Positions 1 through 9,850 are shown, counted from the stretch's first letter. The stretch is 40,687 nucleotides of DNA from an uncultured Dehalococcoidaceae bacterium (GCA_964480145.1 CAYZOI010000004.1:1-40687), one strand, 5' to 3'. Program-made: numbers and translations. The notes: generated by a model from the sequence alone, not told the origin.

Positions 1-1473
1 TCCGAAGATGGCCTTACTTATACCATCACCATCCGGGACGACCTGAGGTGGAGTAACGGCGCCAGTGTCACCGCCGAAGACTACGTCTATACCCTGAAGA
101 ACCTCATGTTCTCCGATTGGCTCAACTACGTCTATCAGACCGACTGGCAGGAGGATGTCGAGGGTGAAACGGTATTCGTCGAAGTTGAGTCGGTCGATGA
201 GACCACCTTCGTTATCCGGCGGCAGACCGTTGACCCGGAGTTTGCCGATAACGCCATCTACTCCCTGACGCCTTATCCCAAGCACATTGCCGTCAAGTAC
301 GAGGGCGACCTGGAGGCATTCACCGAGGCCGAGGAGTTCAACAACCTGACCTATACCGGCAACCTTGGCGCCTACAGATTCAAAGAGTGGATACGGAATG
401 ACAAGTACGTCGTCGAGCGCAATCCGGACTTCTACCTCGGACAGGAGACGGGCGCCCCTTACTTCGAGGAATACACCACCAAGCTCTTCGGCACTTCGGC
501 GGCCATGCTGGCCGCCCTGGAGGCGGGAGATATTCAAAATGCCGGCATTGAGCCGGAGCAGGTGGCCAAGTTCAAGCAGATGGAGGGAATCAAGGTCTAT
601 ACCGTGCCCACCAGAGCCTACGACCTGGTTGTCTACAACCTGCGCCACAATGGCTGGGAGGGGTTACGCGACAAGGCGGTCAGGCAGGCCCTGTCCATGT
701 CCATCGACAAGCAGACCTTCATTGACCAGATACGTTTCGGCTTTGCCGACCCCGCCTTCAGTTTCATCCCCAAGCCCTCTCCGTGGTACACCGAGGAAGG
801 CGTACCCAAGTTTGGCACCGGCGACCTGTATGACAAGGAAGCGGCCAAGGAAATGCTGCTCGAAGCCGGCTACGGCACCAGAGAGAGCGACGGCAGTATA
901 TCCATTCATGACGGTGACGGAGAGCCGATACAGCTGACACTGGTGACCACCACCGGCAGCAAGCTCACCGAAGATATCACCCTCTTTATGAAGCAGGAGC
1001 TGGGGGAAATCGGCATCGAGGTGTCTTTCAAGCTCGTTCCCTGGCCTACCCAGCTGCGTCAGTACATGATGAATAAAGTGCCCGGTTCAGATGAGGAGCC
1101 GAATTACAATAACGGCCCCGATGCCGTCAGTGAGGAGACGTGGGACATGATGGTCCTCGCCTTCAATACCCACCCCATTGCCCCGTCAGGTTCCAGAGTC
1201 TTCTTTATCACCGACGGCGGGCTCAATTTCTGGGGATATTCCAACGAGAGAGTTGATAAGCTCTTCCTGGAGGTCAGGTCAGAAAAGGCGCTGGACCTCG
1301 AGGTGCGCAAACAGATGTATGCCGAGATAAGCCAGCTTATCGCCGATGACCAGCCGGCCAATTTCCTCTCATTCCCCAGCAGCAATCAGGGCTTTCAGAC
1401 AAACGTGGAGGGAATTGACCCGGGCATGAGGCTGGGCTGGAACCACCATGAATGGTATTTCGCCGAACCCTAA
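1..1473 (+). CDS. Peptide/nickel ABC transporter substrate-binding protein (family 5, DppA/OppA-like), 5'-truncated
   Basis: Frame is open from base 1 (SEDGLTYTITIRDDLRWSNGASVTAEDYVYTLKNL, a typical SBP5 N-terminal motif). Also contains GAYRFKEW, RNPDFY and VRQALSMSID. Precedes dppBCDF-like genes. Confidence 0.93.
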   Translation, partial: SEDGLTYTITIRDDLRWSNGASVTAEDYVYTLKNLMFSDWLNYVYQTDWQEDVEGETVFVEVESVDETTFVIRRQTVDPEFADNAIYSLTPYPKHIAVKYEGDLEAFTEAEEFNNLTYTGNLGAYRFKEWIRNDKYVVERNPDFYLGQETGAPYFEEYTTKLFGTSAAMLAALEAGDIQNAGIEPEQVAKFKQMEGIKVYTVPTRAYDLVVYNLRHNGWEGLRDKAVRQALSMSIDKQTFIDQIRFGFADPAFSFIPKPSPWYTEEGVPKFGTGDLYDKEAAKEMLLEAGYGTRESDGSISIHDGDGEPIQLTLVTTTGSKLTEDITLFMKQELGEIGIEVSFKLVPWPTQLRQYMMNKVPGSDEEPNYNNGPDAVSEETWDMMVLAFNTHPIAPSGSRVFFITDGGLNFWGYSNERVDKLFLEVRSEKALDLEVRKQMYAEISQLIADDQPANFLSFPSSNQGFQTNVEGIDPGMRLGWNHHEWYFAEP

Positions 1474-1496
1474 TGAACTTCTGAAGGGACATAACA

Positions 1497-2474
1497 GTGA
1501 AACGGGGCGGCTTGCAGAATTACATCATCAGAAGGCTGATTTACGCGTTCCTCATCGCCTTTGGTGTGGTGACCATCACCTTCATACTGCTGCGCATCGG
1601 CCCCAGCTCTCCGGCAGATAAGTATCTGGCCAATATATCCGCCCGCACCCAGGACCCAGCCGCGGTCGTTGAAGCCGTTGAATCGCGCTATGGCCTCGAC
1701 AAACCGATATACGAACAGTACTTTAACTATCTGGTCAATATGGCCCGCGGCGACTGGGGATGGTCATTCAGCACCTCCCTGCCGGTTATCGAGCTAATCA
1801 AACGCCACTGGGTCTATTCCTTCCAGCTTATCCTGCTCAGCATGCTCTTCGCCTCTTCCCTGGGCCTTCTGATTGGTATTTACTCGGCGGTGAAGCAATA
1901 CACCAAGACCGATTACATCGCCACCTTCTTTTCCTTCATCGGCATCTCTATACCCAACTTCTGGCTGGGCATTATGCTTATCCTGGTTTTCTCGGTGCAG
2001 CTGGGCTGGTTCAAGACCTACTACGATACCGGCCTGCCCCTGTTTTCCCTAGCCAACTTGAAAGCACTCGTCTTGCCCGTGATTACCCTCGGCACCGGCA
2101 TGATGGCCGGCTATACCAGATACGCCAGGTCGGCAACGCTGGAAAATCTGAGAAGAGATTTCGTGAAGACGGCCCGGGCCAAGGGTCTTCCGGAACACGT
2201 GGTTATCGGCAAGCACGTGCTCCGCAACGCCATTCTGCCCATCATCACCATCATCATGTTTGACCTGGCCGGCGTTGTCTTCGGAGGCGCCTACCTGACG
2301 GAAATCATCTTTGGCATTCCCGGACTTGGTCGAGTGTCCTTCAATGCCATCTTTGCCAACGATTACCCGGTGGTCATCACCATTACCCTTATCGGCGCCA
2401 TGGTGGTCCTGCTCACCAACCTGGCCACCGACATCGCCTATACCTGGCTTGACCCCAGAATAAGGTACGATTGA
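1497..2474 (+). CDS. Peptide ABC transporter permease (DppB/OppB-like)
   Basis: YIIRRL N-terminus, GLDKP..QYF, SIPNFWLG, EAA loop DFVKTARAKGL, terminal LDPRIRY; GTG start. Confidence 0.95.
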   Translation: MKRGGLQNYIIRRLIYAFLIAFGVVTITFILLRIGPSSPADKYLANISARTQDPAAVVEAVESRYGLDKPIYEQYFNYLVNMARGDWGWSFSTSLPVIELIKRHWVYSFQLILLSMLFASSLGLLIGIYSAVKQYTKTDYIATFFSFIGISIPNFWLGIMLILVFSVQLGWFKTYYDTGLPLFSLANLKALVLPVITLGTGMMAGYTRYARSATLENLRRDFVKTARAKGLPEHVVIGKHVLRNAILPIITIIMFDLAGVVFGGAYLTEIIFGIPGLGRVSFNAIFANDYPVVITITLIGAMVVLLTNLATDIAYTWLDPRIRYD

Positions 2475-2484
2475 GGAAATCTTG

Positions 2485-3579
2485 ATGAGGCGATTAAGCA
2501 AGATTTTCGGCGGACGGCGGAACCTGCTCTTCAGCGGGCTCATGCTGGCTTTGCTTTCCATCTTTCTTCTCGATTTATTCGTCGTCGACCGCATTTTCGG
2601 GCCTTTCGCCTATTTCTCCCTGTTCTTTGCCCTGCTCATCATTTTCTACGGTATATATCCGCTTTACGTGAACCGCCGCCTGACACGTTACTACTGGGAT
2701 AGAACCAAAAGACACCGGCTGGCCGTCATCGGGCTGGCATTCATCATCGTTCTGGTCGCGGTCGCCATCTTTGGCCCCTTCCTGACACAGGACCCGACCA
2801 GGGTGGACTTCCCGAACAAGAACCTGCCCCCGGTGGGCTTTTCTTCAGAACAATCCCTTTACGACCGGACAACGGGGCAGTTCATCATCACGGAGACGCC
2901 CGGCACCTGGCTTCACCCCCTCGGCACCGATGACAAGGGCCGTGACCTGCTTGCCATGCTCGTCTCCGGCACCAGGGTATCTCTGCAGGTCGGCCTCATG
3001 GCCACCCTTATCGCCATATTCATCGGCCTGATAATGGGGGTTGTTTCCGCCTACCTGGGAGGCTGGGCGGATAATGTCCTGATGCGCTTCACCGATATCA
3101 TGATGACCTTTCCTTTCTTCCTGCTGCTGGTATTCATCGTCTTCATCTTCGGCCCGTCGCTCTGGTTCATTATCCTGGTCATCGGGCTCACCGGCTGGAC
3201 GGGCACTGCCCGCCTGGTCAGAAGCGAGACCTTATCACTCCGCACGCGGGATTTCATCATGGCGTCAAAATCGCTGGGCGCCAGCGACCGCCGCATCGTC
3301 TTCCGCCATCTCATCCCCAATGTCTTGAGCTCGGTTATCGTCATCGCCACACTATCTATTCCCGGTGTCATTCTGGCCGAAGCTGCCCTGAGCTTTATCG
3401 GCCTCGGCGACCCCACCGTGACCAGCTGGGGCCTGGTTCTGCACGCCGGCCAGCGCAGCCTGGACACCGCCTGGTGGATTGCCGTTGAGCCCGGCATCAT
3501 GCTTTTCCTGACCGTGTTGGCCTTTAATTTTCTGGGGGACGGCATCAGGGATGCCTTCGACCCCAGAAGTCAGTTGTAG
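2485..3579 (+). CDS. Peptide ABC transporter permease (DppC/OppC-like) with extra N-terminal TM segments
   Basis: HPLGTDDKGRD, EAA-like DFIMASKSLGAS, EAALSFIGLG, FNFLGDGIRDAFDP; start is ATG 2485 or TTG 2482. Confidence 0.95.
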   Translation: MRRLSKIFGGRRNLLFSGLMLALLSIFLLDLFVVDRIFGPFAYFSLFFALLIIFYGIYPLYVNRRLTRYYWDRTKRHRLAVIGLAFIIVLVAVAIFGPFLTQDPTRVDFPNKNLPPVGFSSEQSLYDRTTGQFIITETPGTWLHPLGTDDKGRDLLAMLVSGTRVSLQVGLMATLIAIFIGLIMGVVSAYLGGWADNVLMRFTDIMMTFPFFLLLVFIVFIFGPSLWFIILVIGLTGWTGTARLVRSETLSLRTRDFIMASKSLGASDRRIVFRHLIPNVLSSVIVIATLSIPGVILAEAALSFIGLGDPTVTSWGLVLHAGQRSLDTAWWIAVEPGIMLFLTVLAFNFLGDGIRDAFDPRSQL

Positions 3580-3582
3580 AAA

Positions 3583-4551
3583 ATGAACAATACCATATTG
3601 CAAATCGACCAGCTGAAAACATATTTTTTCACCCGCAACGGGGTGGTCAAGGCGGTGGATGGCGTAAGCTTTGACCTGCGAAAGGGGGAGTGCCTGTGTC
3701 TGGTGGGTGAGTCGGGCTGCGGCAAGACCGCCACCGCGCTGTCAATCCTGCGGCTGGTCGATAGCCCGCCGGGCCGAACCGTAGGCGGTAACATACAATA
3801 TCACGGAGAGGACCTGCTCCAGAGTTCCGGGGCAAGGCTCCGGCAGGTACGCGGCAACCACATCGCCATGATTTTCCAAGACCCGCAGTCCTCGCTCAAT
3901 CCGGTGTTCACCGTGGGCGACCAGATAATAGAACAGATACGCCTCCATCTGAAACTGGGACACCGGCCGGCCCGCGACCGGGCGCTGTCCCTTATGGAAC
4001 AGGTCGGCATCCCCCAGGCGGAGGAGCGTATGAAATACTACCCGCACCAGTTTTCCGGCGGTATGAAGCAGCGGGTGATGATTGCGACTGCACTATCCTG
4101 CGACCCGGAGATTCTGATTGCGGACGAACCCACTACCGCCCTGGATACCACCATCAAGGCGCAGATTCTGGATATTTTCCGCGACCTGAAAAAAGAGAGG
4201 GATATGTCCATCCTGTTCATCACTCACGACCTGGGCACCGTGGCCGGGATTGCCGACCGCATTATCGTGATGTACGGCGGCCGTATCGCCGAAGCCGGCA
4301 ACGTCCTCGATATCTTTGACCGGCCGAAGCACCCGTACACCTGGGGCCTGCTGAACTGCCTGCCCACCATCTCTGAGCGCCGGGAAAAGATGACGCCCAT
4401 TCCGGGAGTTATTCCCAGCCTGATTGACCCGCCCGAGGGCTGTATCTTTTATCCCCGCTGTCAGTGGCGGATGCCGGTCTGTCAGCAAGAAAAACCTGAG
4501 GAATTTATTATTTCGGGGGAGCACATCGCCGCGTGTTATCTTTACGCATAG
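3583..4551 (+). CDS. Peptide ABC transporter ATP-binding protein (DppD/OppD-like)
   Basis: Walker A GESGCGKT, FSGGMKQR, ADEPTTALD, HPYT, C-terminal Cys motif GC.F..RC..C..C. Confidence 0.96.
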   Translation: MNNTILQIDQLKTYFFTRNGVVKAVDGVSFDLRKGECLCLVGESGCGKTATALSILRLVDSPPGRTVGGNIQYHGEDLLQSSGARLRQVRGNHIAMIFQDPQSSLNPVFTVGDQIIEQIRLHLKLGHRPARDRALSLMEQVGIPQAEERMKYYPHQFSGGMKQRVMIATALSCDPEILIADEPTTALDTTIKAQILDIFRDLKKERDMSILFITHDLGTVAGIADRIIVMYGGRIAEAGNVLDIFDRPKHPYTWGLLNCLPTISERREKMTPIPGVIPSLIDPPEGCIFYPRCQWRMPVCQQEKPEEFIISGEHIAACYLYA

Positions 4552-4563
4552 GTATCTAGTAAA

Positions 4564-5547
4564 ATGAGCCGGAAACTGTTAGAGGTCGAAAATCTGAAAA
4601 AATACTACCCGGTAACCGCCGGCCTGCTCGCCAGGCACGTTGCCGATGTCAAGGCGGTGGACGGGGTTTCCTTTTTCATCGCGGAGGGGGAGACGCTGGG
4701 CCTGGTTGGCGAATCAGGCTGCGGCAAGTCAAGCCTGGGCAGAGCTCTGCTGAGGTTGGAAGAGCCTACCTCGGGACAGGTATTCTATCGCGGGGACGAT
4801 ATTACCTCTTTTAACCGAAAACAGCTTAAGGAGCTGAGGAGAGAAGTACAGATGATTTTCCAGGACCCGCAGTCCTCCCTTGACCCGAGGATGACCATCG
4901 GCGATGCTATCGGCGAGGCTCTCCTCATCCACGGCGTGGGCAGCGAAAAAGAGAGACTGGAGCGGGTGGAAGAACTGCTGAAACGCGTGGGGCTTGAGTC
5001 GGGTCACGCCGCGCGCTATCCCCATGAATTGAGCGGCGGGCAGAAACAGCGCGCCGGCATTGCCCGCGCCCTGGCGGTAAGCCCGAAACTAATCGTCGCC
5101 GATGAACCGGTGAGCGCCCTGGACGTATCCGTTCAGGCGCAGATTCTAAACCTGATAACAGACCTGCAGCATGAATTCTCCCTGGCGTATCTTTTCATCG
5201 CCCATGACCTCGCTGTCATCGGGCAGGTATCAAGTCGCATTGCCGTCATGTACCTCGGACAGATAGTGGAACTCGCCGCCAGAGACGATTTATTCCGCCA
5301 GCCGCTTCACCCCTATACTCAGGCGCTGCTTTCGGCGGTATTTCTCCCGGACCCGCATCAGAAACGGAAACGGATTCCGCTGCCCGGCGAAGTCCCCTCG
5401 CCCATCGACCCGCCGCCGGGTTGTCGCTTCCACACCCGTTGCCCCAGAGCCATGAGCGTCTGCCGCCAGCAAACGCCAGTGCTTAAAGATATTGATGAGA
5501 ACCACCTGGTAGCCTGTCATCTCTACGATGGGGCAGACACAGCATAG
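4564..5547 (+). CDS. Peptide ABC transporter ATP-binding protein (DppF/OppF-like)
   Basis: [52 protein letters not shown]. Confidence 0.96.
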   Translation: MSRKLLEVENLKKYYPVTAGLLARHVADVKAVDGVSFFIAEGETLGLVGESGCGKSSLGRALLRLEEPTSGQVFYRGDDITSFNRKQLKELRREVQMIFQDPQSSLDPRMTIGDAIGEALLIHGVGSEKERLERVEELLKRVGLESGHAARYPHELSGGQKQRAGIARALAVSPKLIVADEPVSALDVSVQAQILNLITDLQHEFSLAYLFIAHDLAVIGQVSSRIAVMYLGQIVELAARDDLFRQPLHPYTQALLSAVFLPDPHQKRKRIPLPGEVPSPIDPPPGCRFHTRCPRAMSVCRQQTPVLKDIDENHLVACHLYDGADTA

Positions 5548-5567
5548 AAACCGCTTTCACGGGCAGG

Positions 5568-5573
5568 TATAAT
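5568..5573 (+). promoter_or_regulatory. Putative -10 element (TATAAT) for the 3-hydroxyacyl-CoA dehydrogenase gene
   Basis: Perfect TATAAT in the intergenic gap, followed by SD AAGGAGG before ATG 5607; no clear -35. Confidence 0.45.
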
Positions 5574-5606
5574 AATGACTGATAGAAGTAACGCAAGGAG
5601 GCATAT

Positions 5607-6560
5607 ATGGTAGTATCCGCAGATCAGGTCAAAAAGGTAGGCGTTATTGGCGCCGGGACCATGGGCCACGGCATCGCCCAGGCTTACGCCCAAGAAGGCT
5701 ATCCGGTTACCATCACCGATGTTGCCAAATCGGCGTTAACCGGTGTGAAAGACCGGATAAAATCCAATCTCGATACACTGGTACGCGAAGGACTCATCCC
5801 GGAAAAAGAAACGGAAAATATTATGGGCAGGATAACTGTGGTCGACAGTCTGGAAAACGCGGTTCGCGATGCCGACCTTGTTACCGAGGCTGTCTTTGAA
5901 GACCTGCCCACCAAAACCAATATTTTTCACGAAATGGAGAAGTTCTGTTCCCCGGAGTGTCTTCTGGCCAGTAATACCTCATCATTTCCGATGACTCAGA
6001 TATCATCACAGATGGCAAGGCCGGAGAGAGCCATTGTCACCCACTGGATGAATCCGCCCTACCTGGTGCCACTGGTGGAGGTCGTGCCCGGAGAAAAGAC
6101 ATCGGAAGAGACCTGTAAAACGGCCCACGAAATCCTGGTGAAAATAAAAAAGGTGCCGGTAAAAGTGCAGAAGGAAATCCTCGGCTTCCTCATCAACCGC
6201 ATTCAGACGGCGATGAACCGCGAGGTATACCATCTTGTGGAAGTCGGCGCCGCCAGCGCTGAGGATATCGACCGCGCCGTGGTTACCAGCCTTGGCTTCC
6301 GCCTGGCGTTCCTGGGTCCGCTGCTGGTGAGAGACCTCGCCGGCCTGGACGTTGACTGCAAGGTGGCCGATACGATACTTCCCGTGCTGGACTCTTCAAC
6401 ACAACCGAACCGATTGCTCAAGGAGATGGTCGACCGCGGTGATTATGGTACCAAGACCGGGAAAGGCTTCTTCTCCTACACGCCGGAATCAATCGCTGAA
6501 CTCATTAAGGAGCGCGACCGTAGGTTCATCCATTTGCTGAAGGAGCTCTATTATCAGTGA
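5607..6560 (+). CDS. 3-hydroxyacyl-CoA dehydrogenase family protein
   Basis: GAGTMGHG Rossmann motif, EAVFE, ASNTSS, HWMNPP catalytic His, GFLINR, DLAGLD, GTKTGKGF. Confidence 0.93.
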   Translation: MVVSADQVKKVGVIGAGTMGHGIAQAYAQEGYPVTITDVAKSALTGVKDRIKSNLDTLVREGLIPEKETENIMGRITVVDSLENAVRDADLVTEAVFEDLPTKTNIFHEMEKFCSPECLLASNTSSFPMTQISSQMARPERAIVTHWMNPPYLVPLVEVVPGEKTSEETCKTAHEILVKIKKVPVKVQKEILGFLINRIQTAMNREVYHLVEVGAASAEDIDRAVVTSLGFRLAFLGPLLVRDLAGLDVDCKVADTILPVLDSSTQPNRLLKEMVDRGDYGTKTGKGFFSYTPESIAELIKERDRRFIHLLKELYYQ

Positions 6561-6564
6561 TTAA

Positions 6565-7320
6565 TTATCGGGCTGATACTTCTTCCCGCCATTCGGTTAT
6601 GCGCGATGACCAGATACGACCGACCGCCTTCTCCAGTATTTCCCGGCGGGGGTCCGGCACATCGAGCGGTGGTAAAACACGATCTTCAAACAATTTCAGT
6701 AAGGGGCAATGTTTCTGCAGTTGCAGCACTGTCTGGCGCGGGCCTCCATAGACCACATAGTCAATCAGTTTAGCCCGCGATTCCAATTGCTCCCGCGCGT
6801 GAAGGCATACCCTGTCCAGAAATTCCGCGGCCTGGTTTTCCCGACGCCGCTGGAATCGCTGCTGTGAGGAACCGCCCTTTTTATGTCTCCCGTGCACCAG
6901 CCCCGTCCCCACCTTGCTCGTAACGAGCTTCTCACCCTGGCACAGGCCCACAGCATAGGCACCGAGATGCACCAGAATCAGGCCAATCGTGTAATCAACC
7001 TTGAGCAGATTGGCCAGTGGCCCGGTGACAAATCCGCCGAACACAGCTTGCTCTCGCAGCGGGAAAGGAGGCGAAACCAGGTGCTTTTTTCCCCCGCCCC
7101 AGAACAGCACCGCTCCGTTTTTTGAGCCGGCAATCATGCCCGCCAGTTCTTCTGGGAAGCTTGATTCACTGCCGGCATTCCGCAGCACCTTATTAATCAC
7201 ATCTGCAGACAGTCCCGCGGGCAGGTAGACGGTGCTGGCCGCGACATCGCCGGTATTCTCCAGTTCGCCTAGAAACTCAAGCATTCTAACGCGACGCAGA
7301 TAATATGTACCCGATATCAA
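6565..7320 (-). CDS. acVLRF1-family (Vms1/ANKZF1-like, aeRF1 superfamily) peptidyl-tRNA release factor
   Basis: Catalytic loop VHGRHKKGGSSQQRFQRRRENQ flanked by LILVHLGAYAVG and VVYGGP; N-terminal NGAVLF..PPFPL resembles a remnant eRF1 N-domain. TTG 7320 is better spaced from SD AAAGGA than TTG 7329. Confidence 0.85.
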   Translation of the reverse strand: MISGTYYLRRVRMLEFLGELENTGDVAASTVYLPAGLSADVINKVLRNAGSESSFPEELAGMIAGSKNGAVLFWGGGKKHLVSPPFPLREQAVFGGFVTGPLANLLKVDYTIGLILVHLGAYAVGLCQGEKLVTSKVGTGLVHGRHKKGGSSQQRFQRRRENQAAEFLDRVCLHAREQLESRAKLIDYVVYGGPRQTVLQLQKHCPLLKLFEDRVLPPLDVPDPRREILEKAVGRIWSSRITEWREEVSAR

Positions 7321-7363
7321 TGCCGGCAATCCTTTCTATACTGTGAAAATAAGTTATGCGGAG

Positions 7364-9721
7364 CTACAGGCTGACCATGGTGGCGCCATCGCCGCCTTCA
7401 TCGTGCTTGCCGGTGCGGAAAGACTTGACCAGTGGGTGGGCGGCCAGGAAATCCCGCACAATCTGGCGCACCGTGCCGCCACCGATTCCGTGTACGACCC
7501 GTATTTCGCTGAGGTTGGCGAGCACTGCATCATTGAGGTAGATATCAAGCGCCACCTCTACCTCATCGGCCCGTTTGCCGCGAAGGTCAAGCTCGGTCGA
7601 TATCACCTTTGTTGCCATCCGCACCACGGCACCCCGTGTACGCGCTGGTTTTGGTTCGGTCACTTTTTCGACGCTCTCCAGCCCGATTTTGAGCTTGAGC
7701 TGCCCTGCCTGAACCTCGACTTCCTGTGTATCTTCAAAAACGGACAGTACCGTGGCCTGCAGTCCGATGTCCTTTAAATATACGGCGTCACCAGTTGAAA
7801 TGCGCTGCTCCGGTTCCGGCCCGCCGGTCTTTGGCGTCCACGCCTCGCTGCCCAGTTGCTCATGAGCCCCGGCCAGCGCCTTCTTTGCCTGTTCGAGCCT
7901 CTCCCGGGTCATTTCCCGGCGCAGCTCCGAATTTGCCTGACGAATTTGCCGGTGCAACTCGGCGGCTTCTCTGACAATCCCATCCCTGGCCTCCTGCAGC
8001 ACCACCCGTTTTTCTTCCTCCAAGCGCTCCAGCCGGTTTTTAATCTCGGTGTTCTGCGCTTCCACCTCATTTCGCTCATTTTCCAGGGCAGTACGAAGTT
8101 CCCCTGTTTTCTGCTTCTCAACCATCAGGTCGCTCAGCAGCGATTCCAATTCCAGAGTCCCTTTGGACAGCATACTCCTGGCCTCGTCAATGATTTCCGG
8201 CGGGACGCCAAGTCGCATGGCTGTAGCCAGAGCGTTGCTGCCGCCGGGTATGCCCACGGTAAGGTGATAGGTCGGCGCAAATGTCGCCGGGTCAAAGTCA
8301 AAGGAAGCGTTCTGCACCCCGGAAGTGGTATGGGCAAATGCCTTCAGGTCGCCATAATGAGTGGTGGCGACGGTCAGGATTTTTCGGTTCCGAAAGTGAA
8401 GCAGTACGGAACAGGCCAGGGCTGAGCCCTCGGTCGGGTCGGTACTTGTCCCCAGTTCATCGAGGAGCACCAGGCTGCACGGAGTGGCATTCCGTATAAT
8501 ACGGACAATATTGCCGACATGCCAGCTGAAAGTGGATAGCGTCTGCTCGATGCTCTGCTCATCACCGATGTCGGCAAAGACGCCATCGAAGACGGGCAGG
8601 CATGTTTCCGGCGAAGCGGGAACAGGTATACCGGCCTGTGCCATCAGGCTGAACAACCCGATGGTTTTGAGCGCCACCGTTTTGCCGCCGGTATTGGGGC
8701 CAGTGATGACCAGGATGGAGAAATCGCGGCCCATTTCCAGCGATAACGGCACTGCCTTCTCCTCGAGCAGAGGGTGCCTGGCCTCAACCAGTCTTATCGT
8801 CGCCTTTTCAGAGCTTTCTTTTTTTACCCCGTTGATATCTATAAGTACCGGCTCGCAGGCTCTCACCACGCGGGCATACCTTGCTTTGGCCAATGCCAGG
8901 TCCAGCTCCGCCACCCTTTCGATGCTTAGAGAAAGCTCTGTCTCATATCCGCCCACCCCGGCGCTGAGCTTCCGCAGTATTCTTTCCACCTCACGCTTTT
9001 CCTCATTCACCAGCTCACGGACGGTATTCCCCAGCTCCATGGTTGACCAGGGTTCCACAAATACGGTGGCTCCGGTGTTGGACACGTCATGGGTGATGCC
9101 TTTAATTTCCTTTCTCATTTCCACCCTGATTGGAATAACGTACCGGCCTTCCCGCTCGGTGATTATCGGTTCCTGGATTATCTTGTTTCCGCGCGGTGAC
9201 CTTATGATTGCCTCCAGACGGCTCCACAAATGCTCCCGTTCCTCTCTTAGCTGCCTCCTGGTTGCGGCCAGCTCCGGTGATGCCCGGTCGAGCACGTCGC
9301 CATTGGGGGAAATACAGCGGGCGATTTCCTTTTCCACTGAACGCAGTTCCACCAAGTCACTGGCAATATCCCAGAGCAAGGGCAGTTCTTCGGACACCGT
9401 GCGCAGGTAGCTGCGTGTCTGACGCATGGCAGCGAGAGTCTGTTGAAGCTCGACCAGGCTTTTCGGCTCGAGGATTCCCTCCAGCGACGCCATCCTGACG
9501 GCTTCCCGTATGTCCGAAACGCCGCCGATGGAAAAGCCCGGTTCCAGGTCAAGGAGCTGCCGTGCCTCCGCGGACTGGCCGAGCCGCAGCGCAACCTGTT
9601 CGTAATCAGTCAGCGGTTTCAGCCCCAATGCCAGGTCGTGGCTGGCTGAAAAAGAGGTGTAACCCGCCAGGATTATTGTTATCTGTGAAAACTCCAGTAT
9701 TTCCAGGCTTTTTTCATCCAT
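7364..9721 (-). CDS. mutS2: MutS2 (ribosome-collision sensor/splitting ATPase with Smr domain)
   Basis: ITGPNTGGKT Walker A, DIGDEQSIEQTLSTFS, DELGTSTDP, TTHY, coiled coil, KOW-like segment, Smr (LDLRG..VVHGIGGG). Start ATG 9721 follows SD GAGGA. Confidence 0.97.
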   Translation of the reverse strand: MDEKSLEILEFSQITIILAGYTSFSASHDLALGLKPLTDYEQVALRLGQSAEARQLLDLEPGFSIGGVSDIREAVRMASLEGILEPKSLVELQQTLAAMRQTRSYLRTVSEELPLLWDIASDLVELRSVEKEIARCISPNGDVLDRASPELAATRRQLREEREHLWSRLEAIIRSPRGNKIIQEPIITEREGRYVIPIRVEMRKEIKGITHDVSNTGATVFVEPWSTMELGNTVRELVNEEKREVERILRKLSAGVGGYETELSLSIERVAELDLALAKARYARVVRACEPVLIDINGVKKESSEKATIRLVEARHPLLEEKAVPLSLEMGRDFSILVITGPNTGGKTVALKTIGLFSLMAQAGIPVPASPETCLPVFDGVFADIGDEQSIEQTLSTFSWHVGNIVRIIRNATPCSLVLLDELGTSTDPTEGSALACSVLLHFRNRKILTVATTHYGDLKAFAHTTSGVQNASFDFDPATFAPTYHLTVGIPGGSNALATAMRLGVPPEIIDEARSMLSKGTLELESLLSDLMVEKQKTGELRTALENERNEVEAQNTEIKNRLERLEEEKRVVLQEARDGIVREAAELHRQIRQANSELRREMTRERLEQAKKALAGAHEQLGSEAWTPKTGGPEPEQRISTGDAVYLKDIGLQATVLSVFEDTQEVEVQAGQLKLKIGLESVEKVTEPKPARTRGAVVRMATKVISTELDLRGKRADEVEVALDIYLNDAVLANLSEIRVVHGIGGGTVRQIVRDFLAAHPLVKSFRTGKHDEGGDGATMVSL

Positions 9722-9746
9722 TTGCATTCCTCGCACGCACTGTTAG

Positions 9747-9755
9747 ATTATAACA
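9747..9755 (-). promoter_or_regulatory. Extended -10 promoter (TGtTATAAT) of mutS2-acVLRF1
   Basis: Minus strand reads CGTGTTATAAT about 25 nt upstream of the mutS2 ATG. Confidence 0.6.
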
Positions 9756-9814
9756 CGACACGGCCGACAACAGGCCATCCTCACTCCTCGGAAAACGAGC
9801 ACCCGGTAATTAAT

Positions 9815-9843
9815 TTGACTGCGCCCACCCCATAGTCTAGGAT
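9815..9843 (+). promoter_or_regulatory. Sigma70-type promoter TTGACT-N17-TAGGAT, predicting a leaderless DUF362 mRNA
   Basis: -35 at 9815-9820, -10 at 9838-9843; ATG 9851 lies 7 nt after the -10. Confidence 0.55.
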
Positions 9844-9850
9844 TAATGAA

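Noticed and set aside
8484-9410. 308-aa ORF antisense to mutS2, and similar long antisense ORFs (22210-23097, 37636-38514, 17394-18011)
   Set aside because: Shadow frames of well-supported genes in GC-rich DNA, with no recognisable motifs.
7364-9721. Mismatch-repair MutS1
   Set aside because: No mismatch-binding N-domain and a C-terminal Smr domain is present, so this is MutS2.
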